A DNA stretch of 64,000 nt from Acidobacteriota bacterium (GTDB taxonomy: Bacteria > Acidobacteriota > UBA890 > WLXD01). Below, piece by piece: positions 8,770 to 20,179 of this stretch (the stretch's first letter is position 1; each line of letters opens with the position of its first letter). The notes beneath the pieces are model-generated. The model was given only the letters and a program-made list of their open reading frames with translations, made no database searches and was not told where the DNA came from. The position numbers and the translations under genes are program-made. Where the stretch lies: the NCBI GenBank assembly GCA_965248695.1, contig CBDFKD010000002.1:4672001-4736000 (forward strand), in the 5' to 3' direction.

Positions 8770-10137
8770 CTAGGCGGCGGTTCGTCGAAGCGACGCCCGC
8801 ACCCGCGCGATGAATCGAGCCGGATCCGTGGTCTTGCGTAGGTAGTCGTCCGCCCCTTGCTCGATGAGCCTTGCTTCCTGGTCCGCGTCGGACGACCCGG
8901 TCAGGACGACGACCGGCAGCGATGCAGCGATGGCGCTCTGTCGGACCTGGTGGAGCAACGAGCGGCCGCTCATCTCGGGCATGTCCAGGTCGGTGATCAG
9001 CAGGTCGAATGACGACGCCTGTGTTTCGAGCATACGGATCGCCTCGAACCCGTCGTGGGCCGGCACCACCTCGTACCCTGCCTCTTCCAGGATGGCGGTG
9101 ATCACCGTCCGTTGCACACCGTCATCTTCGGCCAGCAGAATTCGCTGCGGGCAGTCGGTAGCGGGCCGGTCGAGAGGCGCCTGAGGCGGATCTGACGCTC
9201 CCGTTGCCACGACCTTGGCGACCGGCTCTTGCCTGGACTCCGGCGTCGGCGGCATCGCCTCACCTGCGGCCTCGGTCGCTGCGGCACTACGGCTGTCCTC
9301 GCCCAGCACGTTGTCCATCTCTTCGAGCGTCGTTTGCCCGCGGTCGACGCGCTCCATGGCTGCAGCACGAATCCACCGCGTACCCTGCGCCTCGGCCTGG
9401 CGGTACAATCGCTGCGGCGAGGCGCCGTCGATGATCATCTCCTGCAGTGCGGGGGTCATCACCAGCACTTCGTTCACCGGTGCGCGCCCCCGGAACCCGG
9501 TCCCCCCACAGTGCTCGCACTCTTCGTCATCGAGGCTCGACTGCTCCGGCTCCGCGGTCACGTCGGTTGGTTGGACGCCGTTGCACTCAGGGCACACGCG
9601 GCGCACGAGTCTTTGCGCCACGACACCACGCAGGCTCTCGGCGATCGCCGAGCGCTCGAGACCCAGGTCGGTCAGCCGCCGGATCGCACCGACGGCGTCG
9701 TTGGTGTGCAGTGTGGACAATACGAGATGGCCCGTCAGACTGGCCTGAACGGCAATCTCGGCGGTCTCCAAATCGCGGATCTCGCCGACGAGCACAATGT
9801 CGGGATCCTGCCGCAGAATGGCCCGTAAAGAGGTGGCAAAAGTAACGCCCTGAGCCGGTGCCACTTGAATTTGAGTAAGCCCCGACATTTCGTACTCGAC
9901 CGGATCCTCGACGGTCATGATGTTGACCTTCTCCGTAGCGAGTCGACGCAGTGCCGCGTAGAGCGTCGTTGTCTTCCCGGACCCCGTAGGGCCGGTGACG
10001 AAGACGATGCCCTCGCGATGGTTGAGCAGTTTCTCGAAGGCCGCCGCCTCCTGCTCGAGCATGTCGATGCCGTCGAGACTGGGGGTCGAGGAGGGGTCGA
10101 GAATCCGCAAGACGGCCTTTTCGGTACCGCTGATCCG
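8770..10137 (-). pseudogene. GspE/PilB-family secretion ATPase with C-terminal receiver domain, N-terminally truncated
   Basis: GPTGSGKTTT, TVEDPVE, LRQDPDIVLVGEIRD, TGHLVLSTLHTN, CPEC..CEHC; REC motifs LLAEDD, LLITDLDMP; in-frame TAG at 10138-10140 and N-domain missing. Confidence 0.8.
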
Positions 10138-10236
10138 CTAGAGCGTGCGCGCGGGCGAATCGAGGCGGACACGGCGCTGGCGGAGGTGCGCCGACGTGAC
10201 CTCACGTTCGACCTGACGCAAACCCGACTGACTGAG

Positions 10237-10261
10237 GGTGGCGGCGATATTCGCCGCCACC
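10237..10261. repeat. Perfect GC-rich hairpin
   Basis: GGTGGCGGCGA-TAT-TCGCCGCCACC, 11-bp stem, no U-tract. Confidence 0.5.
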
Positions 10262-10547
10262 GCTATCGAGCGTCGACGATCCTTAACGGCGCTTCCGGGC
10301 TTATTATCTCGGTGATCTGAGCCCGCAGTACAGGGCACGCGTGTGCTCAAGCGGTTGCTCTGACCGCCGTCAAGGCGATTCCAATGAAGAGCCAGCTTAC
10401 TCTCGCCCGAACACGAACGGGCAGACCGAAGTTGACCAGAGACGACAAGTGGGGTTCCTTGACCGCGCTAGTGCCCGAATAGAGGACCAACCCGCGGGCG
10501 TGTGCCGAGTACAAGCGCGGCAGCGACAACAGAACCGGAGACGCTTG

Positions 10548-12341
10548 ATGGGCGATTCAAGGCGAACGCGGCGGGCCGCGTGTGTCGCGGTGCTTGTCGT
10601 CGTTTTCGCGGGGGCTTCACCAGCGTCGGATGAACCGCCCACACAGACTCTCGATGTGCTGATTCGGGATGGGCAGGTGCTCGACGGGACCGGCAACCCC
10701 GCGGTTCGCGCCGATATCGGAATCCGCGGCGATCGCATCGTGGCGATCGGCAAGCTCGGGACCGTCAGCGCTCGGCGCACCATCGAAGCCACCGGGCTGC
10801 ACGTTGTTCCCGGCTTCATCGACATGCACTCGCACGCCGACCGCGGCCTCGCCGGCGACGACCCCGAAGAGCGCAAGGCCCACCATCTGGTGTTTCAGGG
10901 AATCACGACGGCCGTCGTCGGTCCCGACGGCCGCAACCACATCTGGCCGATCGCCGACGAGATCGCCGCGTACCGCTCGCCCGGCACTGCGCTCAACGTC
11001 GTTCCGATGGTGGGTCACTCGACGGTGCGCGAGCAGGTGATGGGCGATGACTACGAACGCCCTGCCGCCGCGGCCGAGATCGAACAGATGCGAGCCCTGG
11101 TGCGCGAGGGGATGGTGGCCGGGGCCTGGGGCCTGGGCGCCGGGCCGGAGTACCGCCCCGGACGATTCGCCACCACCGAGGAGCTTATCGCGCTGGCGCA
11201 TGTGGTCGCCGAGTACGACGGCTTCTACTATGCGCACCAGCGCAGCCAGGGTGCCGTTCCGATGTGGCAGACGCCCAGCATGGTGGACGGCTGGCGGCTC
11301 ACCGGATTCGAAGGCCTTTCGGAGACGATTCGCATCGGCCGCGAGACGGGAATCCGGGTCGTAGGCAGCCACATCAAGGCCAGCGGCCGGCAGCGGTGGG
11401 GGGCCTCTTCCATCGACATCCTGCTGATCGAGCGGGCGCGCGCCGAGGGCGTGCAGGTGTACCTCGACCAGTACCCGTACTTGACCTTCGGCTGCTGTGC
11501 CACCTCGGTCCTCCCTCGCTGGGCTTACGCGCCACCGGATGTGGATCACAGCGGTGGTCTCGATGATGCGGCGTGGGATCGTCCCGAGTTTCTTGAAAAC
11601 CACGAGGAAAACCTGCGCGCCCATCTCGCCGATCCCGAGTCGCGCGCCACGCTATTGGCCGACACCGAGCACCTGCTGGAGACCCAAGGCGGAGCCGATC
11701 GGCAGATCATCGTGCTGGCACCACCCGACGATGCCCACGTCGGCAAGACGCTGGCGAAAGTTGCCCAGGAGCTCGGACGTACGCCCATCGAGCAGTTGCT
11801 CGCCTTCGCGCTCGAGCAGGGTACCCCGGAGTTGCCGTCCGGGGTGTTGGTCCGACCCGTTGGCGGACACGCCTTCGATGTCGACAACTACATGGTTCAG
11901 GACTACACCGCGACGACCACCGATGCCAGCATCCAGATGGGGCGCGATCCCGGACGGCACCCGCGGTACTACGGAACCTACCCACGCAAGCTCGGCCACT
12001 ACGCCCGTGAGCGTGGGCTCATCAGCCTGCCGTTCGCGGTGCGTTCGTCGACCAGTCTGCCGGCACAGATCGTCGGGCTCTCCGACCGGGGCGTGCTACG
12101 CGTCGGTGGGGCGGCCGACCTGGTGGTCTTCGACTACGACACGATCATCGATCACTCCACGATTCTGGAGCCGCACCGCTATCCGACCGGCATGCACTAC
12201 GTCATGGTCAACGGGCAGCTCGCCCTCGATGCCGGGCAGCTCACCGGCGTCCTTGCCGGCCAGGTGCTGGAGCGGACCTCGGCGCGCCGCGAAGACATCT
12301 CGAGAGGGGACGTAGGAGGGAGCCGGAGCAAGGGTCAATGA
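10548..12341 (+). CDS. N-acyl-D-amino-acid deacylase (amidohydrolase), predicted secreted
   Basis: PGFIDMHSHAD, SHIK, DQYPY, HPRYYGTYPR, ADLVVFD; signal-like N-terminus. Confidence 0.85.
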   Translation: MGDSRRTRRAACVAVLVVVFAGASPASDEPPTQTLDVLIRDGQVLDGTGNPAVRADIGIRGDRIVAIGKLGTVSARRTIEATGLHVVPGFIDMHSHADRGLAGDDPEERKAHHLVFQGITTAVVGPDGRNHIWPIADEIAAYRSPGTALNVVPMVGHSTVREQVMGDDYERPAAAAEIEQMRALVREGMVAGAWGLGAGPEYRPGRFATTEELIALAHVVAEYDGFYYAHQRSQGAVPMWQTPSMVDGWRLTGFEGLSETIRIGRETGIRVVGSHIKASGRQRWGASSIDILLIERARAEGVQVYLDQYPYLTFGCCATSVLPRWAYAPPDVDHSGGLDDAAWDRPEFLENHEENLRAHLADPESRATLLADTEHLLETQGGADRQIIVLAPPDDAHVGKTLAKVAQELGRTPIEQLLAFALEQGTPELPSGVLVRPVGGHAFDVDNYMVQDYTATTTDASIQMGRDPGRHPRYYGTYPRKLGHYARERGLISLPFAVRSSTSLPAQIVGLSDRGVLRVGGAADLVVFDYDTIIDHSTILEPHRYPTGMHYVMVNGQLALDAGQLTGVLAGQVLERTSARREDISRGDVGGSRSKGQ

Positions 12342-12559
12342 AGTCACGGAGAAGGCGCGAGCAGGTCCGCGGCTGACGGCGCCCGCGCTCGTACCGGCCG
12401 ATCGTTGGGGTACGCGTTCCGGAATGCAGTTGACCGACCGGTAGAATTCTCCTCTTAACAACTGCCTTGGTTCTCCTCGTCTTACGTCTTCGGTTGACCC
12501 AGCCAAGTTGACGACCGATTCCAACGGATCCCTCTATTCGCTTTCTTGCCTGAGGACGC

Positions 12560-12868
12560 CTATACCTCGATTTCGATGATGTCCCCTGTGACTCGAACGG
12601 TGTAGTTGGTGACACCCTCGGTGGCCGGTGGTCCGGTGACCTCCCCGGACTTGATGTTGAAGTGGGCGCCGTGCCAAGGGCATTCGACTTTCTCGCCGTG
12701 GACAGAGCCTTCGCTGAGTGGCCCGCCATGATGCGTGCACGTGTCATCAATGGCGTAGAATTCGCCACCAAGGTTGAAAATGGCGATGGGCTTACCGTTG
12801 ACTTCGACGCACGTGGCAGATTGGTCGGCGATCTCCGATGTTTTGGCTACTTTGACAAACTTCGGCAT
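12560..12868 (-). CDS. Rieske [2Fe-2S] ferredoxin
   Basis: CTHHGG..LSEG...CPWHGAHF; RBS AAGGAG. Confidence 0.9.
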   Translation of the reverse strand: MPKFVKVAKTSEIADQSATCVEVNGKPIAIFNLGGEFYAIDDTCTHHGGPLSEGSVHGEKVECPWHGAHFNIKSGEVTGPPATEGVTNYTVRVTGDIIEIEV

Positions 12869-13115
12869 GTCGGCTCCTTTCCGCGAAAGTGAGATATCAG
12901 TCTAGTAGACACGCTACCTGCAATCTGGTGTGGACCCGTCACTCGGCTCGGATGGAAGAGCGCAATCGAGGAGCCGTCCCTTCTTTCGGAGTTGACCGTT
13001 TAGCCCCTCACCGGTGAGCAGTGTCCGGTCTTGATAAGCTCCAAAGAAGGCAGGATACAGCGGGCCTCAGGGAATCGGCTCGTGACCGATTCGGGCAATC
13101 AGGCGTTGTCCATGG

Positions 13116-13637
13116 TCAGAAGATATTCGGGCGAGATTCCGGCGCGGCTCGTTTGCCAGTTGTGTGCTGGGCCTGGATCTTGTCCTGTAGCTTCATCAGG
13201 CCGTCCAAGACCATCTCCGGTCGCGGTGGGCATCCCGGTATGTAGACATCCACCGGCATGATGGTGTCTATACCCATTACGGTGGCGTAGTTGTCGTAGA
13301 AACCGCCGGTGCAGGTGCAGACTCCGAAGGCGACTACCCAATTGGGATCGGCCATCTGGTCGTGGATGCGCTTCAGCACTGGCGCCAACTTGTGACTGAT
13401 GGTGCCAACGACGAAGAGCACGTCGGCCTGGCGAGGGGAGAATCGCGGCAGCCCAGCGCCGAACCGGTCCACATCGTAGTGGGCGCAGGCGGTGGCCATG
13501 TATTCCATGCCGCAACACGCTGTCACGAACGGGTATTGGAAGATCGAGTACTTCCGGGCCCATCCGATGGCTTCGTCGATGCGGCTGGTGAAAAACCCCT
13601 GGTTTTCCGGGCCGAAGTAAGTCGGGTCATTCTGCAT
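13116..13637 (-). CDS. nuoB: NADH-quinone oxidoreductase subunit B
   Basis: ACCGMEYM, RFSPRQAD, FGVCTCTGG, DVYIPGCPPRPE. Confidence 0.92.
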   Translation of the reverse strand: MQNDPTYFGPENQGFFTSRIDEAIGWARKYSIFQYPFVTACCGMEYMATACAHYDVDRFGAGLPRFSPRQADVLFVVGTISHKLAPVLKRIHDQMADPNWVVAFGVCTCTGGFYDNYATVMGIDTIMPVDVYIPGCPPRPEMVLDGLMKLQDKIQAQHTTGKRAAPESRPNIF

Positions 13638-13638
13638 G

Positions 13639-13890
13639 TTACTTCCAGTCTGCGGTGTCGTTGTCTCCGCGCGTAACCGTAGCCGAACATCGAGCAAGAT
13701 CCCCCATCTCTACCAGGCCGAGGGGGCCCAGCGTACGGAGATCACGGGCCCACGGGTAACGGAAGACAAGCTCGACGTCGAACAGGATGAACAGGATCGC
13801 GGTCAGGTAGAGATTAACAGCCAGCTTCCCAATGGGTAGGAGAATGGCTTCTCCTCCGGCGCGCTTCGGCTCCAGAATCGGTTTGAAACA
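13639..13890 (-). pseudogene. nuoA: Decayed nuoA
   Basis: YLTAILFILFDVELVFRYPWA...GLVEMG followed by frameshifted GYGYA and DWK* directly before nuoB; 5' boundary approximate. Confidence 0.7.
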
Positions 13891-13955
13891 GTCGCTCAGG
13901 GCACGCTGGTTAAGCGGCGGGAGCGGCTATCGGTGATTGCGGTGACCGTGGCCGC

Positions 13956-15263
13956 TCATCGAGCTCGTCTGGACACTCCAGCACTCCATTCCTTCCACCG
14001 CGACCACCGCTTTCTACTTGATGACGACGGTTTGGTCGAAACGTCGCCACCGCCCTTCAACTCCATCACCGCATCGAGCACGTTCTGCGCCACGGCTCTG
14101 AAGATCTTGGTGACTTCGCTGTCGGGGTGCTCGACAACGTAGGGTGTGCCTGCATCGCCCGCAATGGCAATCTGCGGATCGAGCGGCAGCGCGCCCAGGA
14201 ACGGCACGCCGAGCTCCTCTGCCGTTCGCCGCCCGCCATCGGTGCTGAACACGTGCGTGCGATGCCCGCACTCCGGGCACGTGAAGACCGACATGTTCTC
14301 CACCAGCCCGAGCACCGGCACATCGACTTCCTGGAACATGCGGAGCCCTTTGCGGGCGTCGATCAACGCCACATCCTGCGGCGTGGTGACAATCACGGCG
14401 CCATCGAGTGGCGCCGATTGAGTCAACGTGAGCTGCACGTCGCCGGTGCCCGGAGGCAGGTCGATTACCAGCACCTCAGCGCCGTGCCAATCGACGTCGC
14501 GGAGGAACTGCCGTACCGCCTTCGTCACGATTGGCCCGCGCCAGATCACCGGATCGCCTTCGGGCTGCAGAAAACCGAGCGACATGAGCTTCATACCGAA
14601 CTTGTCGACCGGCACCATCACCCGCTTGCCGTCGAGATCGATGATCTTCGGCTGCTCATGGGTGCCCAGCATGGTGGGTACCGAGGGACCGTAAATATCT
14701 GCATCCATCAGGCCGACGTGCTGGCCAAGCTGCGCCAGGGCGGCCGAGAGATTCACCGCCACGGTCGACTTCCCCACGCCTCCCTTTCCCGAGGCCACCG
14801 CCACCACATACTTCACCCCACCGAGGGGGGTGCGGTCGTACAGCGCCGCCGGTCGACCGGCGGCCGCAGGCCCGGTACCAGGCGCCGGCGGTCCGCCGGT
14901 CGTAGAACCAGCTCGGGGGCCGGCCGCATCGCCGAGGCCGGAAATGGTCGCACCGCCCGGTGACTGGCCTGGCTGGGTCACCGGAGCACCCTTTGACTCG
15001 GGGGCCGAGATTTCGAGGCTGACGCTGTCGACCCCGTCCAGCGCCATCAACGTATCGCGCGATGCGCGGGCGATCTGCTGCTGATGTTCCGGCGAGCCGA
15101 TCGGGATATCGAGACGGACGGTCACCCCGCCACCGTCGATTCGCACTGCCCCGACAAAGCCGAACGACACGATGTCGCGCGACAGCCCTGGAAACTTCAC
15201 GGAAGTCAGAGCTTCACGAATACGCTCTTCGTTGATGGCCAATGGCCAGGGCTCCTCGTCCAT
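13956..15263 (-). CDS. mrp: Mrp/ApbC/NBP35 Fe-S cluster carrier ATPase
   Basis: N-terminal DUF59-like domain, [35 protein letters not shown]. Confidence 0.9.
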   Translation of the reverse strand: MDEEPWPLAINEERIREALTSVKFPGLSRDIVSFGFVGAVRIDGGGVTVRLDIPIGSPEHQQQIARASRDTLMALDGVDSVSLEISAPESKGAPVTQPGQSPGGATISGLGDAAGPRAGSTTGGPPAPGTGPAAAGRPAALYDRTPLGGVKYVVAVASGKGGVGKSTVAVNLSAALAQLGQHVGLMDADIYGPSVPTMLGTHEQPKIIDLDGKRVMVPVDKFGMKLMSLGFLQPEGDPVIWRGPIVTKAVRQFLRDVDWHGAEVLVIDLPPGTGDVQLTLTQSAPLDGAVIVTTPQDVALIDARKGLRMFQEVDVPVLGLVENMSVFTCPECGHRTHVFSTDGGRRTAEELGVPFLGALPLDPQIAIAGDAGTPYVVEHPDSEVTKIFRAVAQNVLDAVMELKGGGDVSTKPSSSSRKRWSRWKEWSAGVSRRAR

Positions 15264-15534
15264 CCAGTCGATGCCAATCTATCTCCCGCCCAGCGGTCCG
15301 ACGGTCTCACGCCGAGCGCGGAAACTCTCAAACGAAGATAGCGCGATCCCCCGGTTCCGGCACACCACCGGCCTCGATTATTCAAGCCAAGGGACAGAAA
15401 CCAGGTGTCATACGATAGCCACATGGATCTTTTTGGGGAGTCTCTTTGGCGTCGGGATGCTACCGCTGAAGGAATTGTTTCAGTTTGCCGTCGACAATAG
15501 GGTGGCCATCTACGAGGCAAATGGCAGATCAGCG

Positions 15535-16566
15535 ATGAAGGTAGCCTCCAGCGGCCGGACTCTTGGCATGCGCGATCGGTTGGACAGGCCGATGCGCGAC
15601 CTGCGAATCTCGATCACCGACCGCTGCAACTTCCGCTGTCGCTATTGCATGCCCAGGGAGGTCTTCGGCGAGGGCTACCAGTTCCTGCCGCGCGAGGAGA
15701 TCCTCAGCTTCGAGGAGATCACTCGCCTGGTCCACATCTTCCGCGGACTAGGCGTCCGCAAGGTGCGCCTCACGGGCGGGGAGCCACTTCTGCGCAGCGA
15801 GCTGCCAAAGCTCATTGGCATGCTGGCTGAGATCCCTGGCCTGGAGATCGCCATGACCACAAACGGTTCGCTGCTAGCGCAGCAGGCGCAGGCGCTGGCA
15901 GAGGCCGGGCCTGTGCGCCTCACGGTGAGCATCGACTCGCTGGACGAAGCCGTTTTCCAAGCGATGAACGACGCAGACTTCCCTGTCTCGCGCGTGCTAG
16001 AGGGCATCGAGGTGGCCACCGCCGCGGGGCTGGGACCGCTAAAGGTCAACGCGGTCGTACGCCGCGGAGTCAACGACCACACGGTGGTGGGACTGGCGCG
16101 GTACTTCCAGGGCAGCGGCCACATCCTGAGGTTCATCGAGTACATGGATGTTGGCAGCACCAACGGCTGGCGCATGGAGGAGGTGGTTCCCGGCGCCGAG
16201 ATCATCGAGCGCATCAGCGCCGAGATGCCCCTGGAGCCGCTGGATCCGAATTACCGTGGCGAGGTAGCGAAGCGGTGGCGGTACGCTGACGGAGACGGCG
16301 AGATCGGCGTGATCACCTCCGTGACGCAGCCGTTCTGTGTTGATTGCACGCGCGCCCGGCTGTCAGCGGCGGGCGAACTCTACACTTGCCTATTCGCTGC
16401 TGCCGGCACCGACCTTCGAACTCCGTTGCGGGACGGAACCGACGAGGAGGAGATCGGCGAACGGCTGCGCCGGCTATGGGGTGTACGCGAAGACCGATAC
16501 TCAGAGATGCGTTCCGAGGAGACGAGGGATCTTCAGCGGATCGAAATGTCCTATATCGGCGGGTAG
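15535..16566 (+). CDS. moaA: GTP 3',8-cyclase (molybdenum cofactor biosynthesis)
   Basis: CNFRCRYC radical SAM motif, C-terminal CxxC..C, end MSYIGG. Confidence 0.95.
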   Translation: MKVASSGRTLGMRDRLDRPMRDLRISITDRCNFRCRYCMPREVFGEGYQFLPREEILSFEEITRLVHIFRGLGVRKVRLTGGEPLLRSELPKLIGMLAEIPGLEIAMTTNGSLLAQQAQALAEAGPVRLTVSIDSLDEAVFQAMNDADFPVSRVLEGIEVATAAGLGPLKVNAVVRRGVNDHTVVGLARYFQGSGHILRFIEYMDVGSTNGWRMEEVVPGAEIIERISAEMPLEPLDPNYRGEVAKRWRYADGDGEIGVITSVTQPFCVDCTRARLSAAGELYTCLFAAAGTDLRTPLRDGTDEEEIGERLRRLWGVREDRYSEMRSEETRDLQRIEMSYIGG

Positions 16567-16633
16567 TGGTCATGGGACCCATGATTACGGTGCGCTCAGC
16601 TCGCCCGCTCTGCCGATAGGCTTCAGGTGCCGA

Positions 16634-18322
16634 TCACTCCAGTTCGAGATCGGTAACAGCGCCGCGATCGGCGCTGGAAACCAGCCGCGCGTACTTGGCG
16701 AGAACGCCGCGCGAATAACGGGGAGCCGGTGGCTCCCAGGCGGCGCGGCGGCGCCGGAGCTCCTCCTCGTCGACCTCCAGTCGGAGCGTCCGCGCCGGCG
16801 CATCGATCGTGACCGTGTCGCCCTCGTGCACCAGCGCGATCGGCCCACCGACGGCTGCCTCCGGCACGACGTGGCCCACCACCATGCCATAGGTGCCACC
16901 GCTGAAGCGTCCGTCCGTGATGAGCCCGACCGAATCTCCGAGCGCGGCACCGACGAGGGCGCTCGTTGGAGCCAGCATCTCGCGCATGCCGGGTCCACCG
17001 CGGGGACCTTCGTAGCGAATCACGACGACGTCGCCGCCGCGGATCTCGCCGGCGAGGATCGCGCTCAAGCTGTCCTCCTCGCAATCGAACACCCGGGCCG
17101 GACCCGATATGCGCGGGTTCTTGACGCCCGTGAGCTTCGCCACGCTTCCGCCCGGCGCCAGGTTGCCACGAAGGATCGCGAGGTGGCCGGTCGGGTAGAG
17201 GGGCTGGCCCCACGGTCGGATCACGTCCTGGTCGGAGGGTGGCACCGGCGGGACCTCTGCCAGGCTCTCGGCGATGGTCGCACCCGTCACCGTGCGGCAG
17301 TCTCCATCGAGGACACCGTGCTCGAGCAACACCTTCATGACCTGAGGCACCCCACCGGCGCGATGGAAATCGACCGTCACGTAGCGACCACTGGGCTTCA
17401 GGTCGCACAGGACGGGCACCCGAGCACCGACTAACTCGAAGTCGTCGAGGCCGAGCTCCACGCCCGTCGCATGGGCAATGGCGGGCAGGTGCAGCACCGC
17501 GTTCGTCGAACCCCCGACCGCCATAGTGACGGCGACGGCGTTCAGGAGCGCCTGGCGCGTCACGATGTCTCGCGGCAGCCGATCGGCTGCGATGCAGTCG
17601 GCGAGGACGCGCGCCGACTCGGCCGCGCTCTCGGCCTTCTCCGCGTCCTCCGCGGCCATGGTGGACGAGTACGGGAGGCTCATCCCCATCGCCTCGATCG
17701 CGCTCGACATGGTGTTGGCTGTGAACATCCCACCACACGAGCCTGCGCCGGGGCAGGCGTTGCGCTCGATCGACGCGAGTTCCTCGTCCGTGATTCTGCC
17801 GGCGGCGTGCTCTCCGACCGCCTCGAACGCGCTCACCACCGTCAGGTCGTGACCTGCGTGGCGACCTGGCTTGATGGTGCCTCCGTAGACGAACACCGCG
17901 GGAATGTTCAGGCGCCCGATGGCCATCATGGCGCCGGGCATATTCTTGTCACACCCGCCCAGGGTGAGAACGCCGTCGAAGCTCTGGCCGTTGCATACGG
18001 TCTCGATGGAATCGGCGATGACCTCGCGCGAAACCAGCGAGTACTTCATCCCCTCGGTGCCCATCGAGATGCCGTCGGCCACGGTGATCGTCCCGAACTC
18101 GAGAGCGCGAGCGCCCGCCTCGTGTAGCGCGCAGCGAGCGCGCTCCGAGAGCGCGCCGAGACCTACGTTGCACGGTGTCAGGTTCGAGTGGGCGTTAGCG
18201 ATACCGACGATGGGCTTGTCGAAGTCCTCGTCCCCGAATCCGACCGCACGGAGCATCGCCCGGTTGGGAGCGCGCTGCACTCCTTCCGTCACGGCACTGC
18301 TACGTCGTTTCCTCAATGTCAC
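16634..18322 (-). CDS. ilvD: Dihydroxy-acid dehydratase
   Basis: [45 protein letters not shown]. Confidence 0.95.
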   Translation of the reverse strand: MTLRKRRSSAVTEGVQRAPNRAMLRAVGFGDEDFDKPIVGIANAHSNLTPCNVGLGALSERARCALHEAGARALEFGTITVADGISMGTEGMKYSLVSREVIADSIETVCNGQSFDGVLTLGGCDKNMPGAMMAIGRLNIPAVFVYGGTIKPGRHAGHDLTVVSAFEAVGEHAAGRITDEELASIERNACPGAGSCGGMFTANTMSSAIEAMGMSLPYSSTMAAEDAEKAESAAESARVLADCIAADRLPRDIVTRQALLNAVAVTMAVGGSTNAVLHLPAIAHATGVELGLDDFELVGARVPVLCDLKPSGRYVTVDFHRAGGVPQVMKVLLEHGVLDGDCRTVTGATIAESLAEVPPVPPSDQDVIRPWGQPLYPTGHLAILRGNLAPGGSVAKLTGVKNPRISGPARVFDCEEDSLSAILAGEIRGGDVVVIRYEGPRGGPGMREMLAPTSALVGAALGDSVGLITDGRFSGGTYGMVVGHVVPEAAVGGPIALVHEGDTVTIDAPARTLRLEVDEEELRRRRAAWEPPAPRYSRGVLAKYARLVSSADRGAVTDLELE

Positions 18323-18489
18323 CTCAGCTTAAGCTGAAAAAGTCGTTTGTGCGCCACAGGCGATCGGTGCCGGCGATGACGACGCGAAGCGCGACGGCCT
18401 TCCTGGGGCGGCTCAGGGGCGTCGGCTCACGAAGCCAGGGTTAATCTGAAGGTTCAAACACCCTCGTTCTGTCAGCTCACGACCGCAGC

Positions 18490-18532
18490 CTCATAACCCG
18501 AAGGTCGCAGGTTCAAATCCTGCCCCCGCTAC
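18490..18532 (+). tRNA. 3' half of initiator tRNA-fMet(CAT); att-site-like remnant
   Basis: CTCATAACCCGAAGGTCGCAGGTTCAAATCCTGCCCCCGCTAC; 5' half absent upstream. Confidence 0.8.
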
Positions 18533-18535
18533 TCT

Positions 18536-18615
18536 AGAAAGCCCCGGTGGCGCAGCTATTTATTCCCCGTGCTCGTCACCGGGGCTTTCTGCGTCTGTGG
18601 GCTCCGGTTGCTCCC
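18536..18615. repeat. Palindromic dispersed repeat / terminator-like hairpin, copy 1
   Basis: AGAAAGCCCCGGTGGCG...CGTCACCGGGGCTTTCT; 18544-18615 recurs at 35891-35961. Confidence 0.75.
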
Positions 18616-18698
18616 CGGGTGCTCAGGGTGTTCAACGCACGACGGGTTCAGGCATCTAGGTACCCTCGCCCCACCCCGATGCGGTAGCTTCACCGCCT

Positions 18699-18740
18699 CG
18701 GGACGTGGCGCAGCCCGGTAACGCACCTGAATGGGGTTCA
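18699..18740 (+). tRNA. 5' half of tRNA-Pro(GGG), truncated
   Basis: CGGGACGTGGCGCAGCCCGGTAACGCACCTGAATGGGGTTCA then breaks off; no T arm. Confidence 0.75.
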
Positions 18741-18788
18741 CCGAGCAAGGGACCAGAGCAATCGTCCTTCGAGCCGGTCAGTGACGAA
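18741..18788 (+). repeat. 48-bp direct repeat of 20360-20407
   Basis: CCGAGCAAGGGACCAGAGCAATCGTCCTTCGAGCCGGTCAGTGACGAA, 3 mismatches to the copy inside the PQQ dehydrogenase gene. Confidence 0.8.
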
Positions 18789-18820
18789 TGACAACCAGAC
18801 GCGGATCTCGACGGATCTCA

Positions 18821-20179
18821 ATGAAACGACCAACGCTGGTAGCACTCCGACATCGGGCGCGTTCGCAAGCAACGCGCCGCGCATTCTTGCTGTTGCCGGC
18901 AGTTTCTCTCGCTCTCGCAGCGGTCGCCGGGCTAGCGGCCCAATCACCGACTGAGCAAGCTACCTGGCGGCAGTGGGGCGGACCGCACCGGAACTTCATC
19001 TCCGACGCTACGAGCCTCGCCGACTCGTGGCCCGAGGCCGGCCCCAGGGAAATCTGGAGCCGACCGCTTGGCCTGGGCCATTCCACGATTGTCGTCGACG
19101 ACACCCACCTCTACACGATGTACCGGCCGCACCTCGATGGGGCACCGCCCAACCAATGGGCGGGCGAAGAGCTCGTCATCGCGCTGGACGCTGCCACCGG
19201 AGGAACGATCTGGGAGTACGCCTACGGCTCTCAGCCCTTGGATTTCAGTCGCGGGGCGGGGCCGCACGCGACGCCGCTCATCGTCGGTGAGCGGCTGTTC
19301 ACCGCCGGCACGAACAAGCAGATCCACGCCCTCGACAAGCGGACCGGCGAGGTTGTCTGGTCGCACGATCTCGTCGCTGAGTACGGTGCGCCGCCGACGT
19401 TGATCCGGGCGGTCGTCGGCGTGACGGCCGGCTACGCCTGCAGCCCTCTAGCGTACGACAACATGGTAATCGTGACCGCCGGGGGCGACGGCCAGTCGGT
19501 GATGGCCTTCAATCAGCGCGACGGCTCGCTGGTCTGGAAGAGCGGCGATTTCCTGATCGCGCCATCTTCGCCGATCCTGATCGAGCTTGATGGTGAGACT
19601 CAGCTGGTCGTCGTGGGAGGCCAAACAATCAACGGACTGAACCCGGACAGCGGTGAGATCCTCTGGAGCACCCCGCACGACACCTATGGCGACATGAACA
19701 ACACGACGGCGGTTTGGGGACAGGACAGCGTGTTGTTCGTCTCGTCGGCATACGACGGGGGCAGCCGCGGCATGCGTTTGTCCAGGGCGGGTGGCGGCAC
19801 CAAGGTCGACGAGCTTTGGTTTACTCGTGACATGCAGATCATGTTCGGTAGCACGATTCGGGTGGGCGACTTTATCTACGGAAGCAGCGGTGGCTTCGGG
19901 CCGGCCTTCATCACCGCGCTGGACCTGCGAACGGGCACTACGGCGTGGCGGGAGCGAGGCTTCTCCCGATCGCTGTTCATCTACGCCGACGGTAAGGCGA
20001 TTATCCTCGACGAGGACGGCAACCTGGCGCTCACGGAGGTTTCACCGGAGGGCCTGACGGTCATCTCGAAGGCTGAAGTGCTGACCGGTACATCATGGAC
20101 GGCGCCGACCCTCGTCGGCACGATCCTCTACTTGCGGGACCGGCAAACAATCAAGGCGCTGGAGATCGGCCAACGCTAG
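18821..20179 (+). CDS. PQQ-binding-like beta-propeller protein (BamB-like), secreted
   Basis: WRQWGGPHRN, repeated ALDxxTGxxxW, GPHATP, WTAPTL..LYLR. Confidence 0.8.
   Translation: MKRPTLVALRHRARSQATRRAFLLLPAVSLALAAVAGLAAQSPTEQATWRQWGGPHRNFISDATSLADSWPEAGPREIWSRPLGLGHSTIVVDDTHLYTMYRPHLDGAPPNQWAGEELVIALDAATGGTIWEYAYGSQPLDFSRGAGPHATPLIVGERLFTAGTNKQIHALDKRTGEVVWSHDLVAEYGAPPTLIRAVVGVTAGYACSPLAYDNMVIVTAGGDGQSVMAFNQRDGSLVWKSGDFLIAPSSPILIELDGETQLVVVGGQTINGLNPDSGEILWSTPHDTYGDMNNTTAVWGQDSVLFVSSAYDGGSRGMRLSRAGGGTKVDELWFTRDMQIMFGSTIRVGDFIYGSSGGFGPAFITALDLRTGTTAWRERGFSRSLFIYADGKAIILDEDGNLALTEVSPEGLTVISKAEVLTGTSWTAPTLVGTILYLRDRQTIKALEIGQR

Noticed and set aside
15264-15534. Moco riboswitch upstream of moaA
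   Set aside because: No recognisable conserved elements by eye; an Rfam scan would be needed
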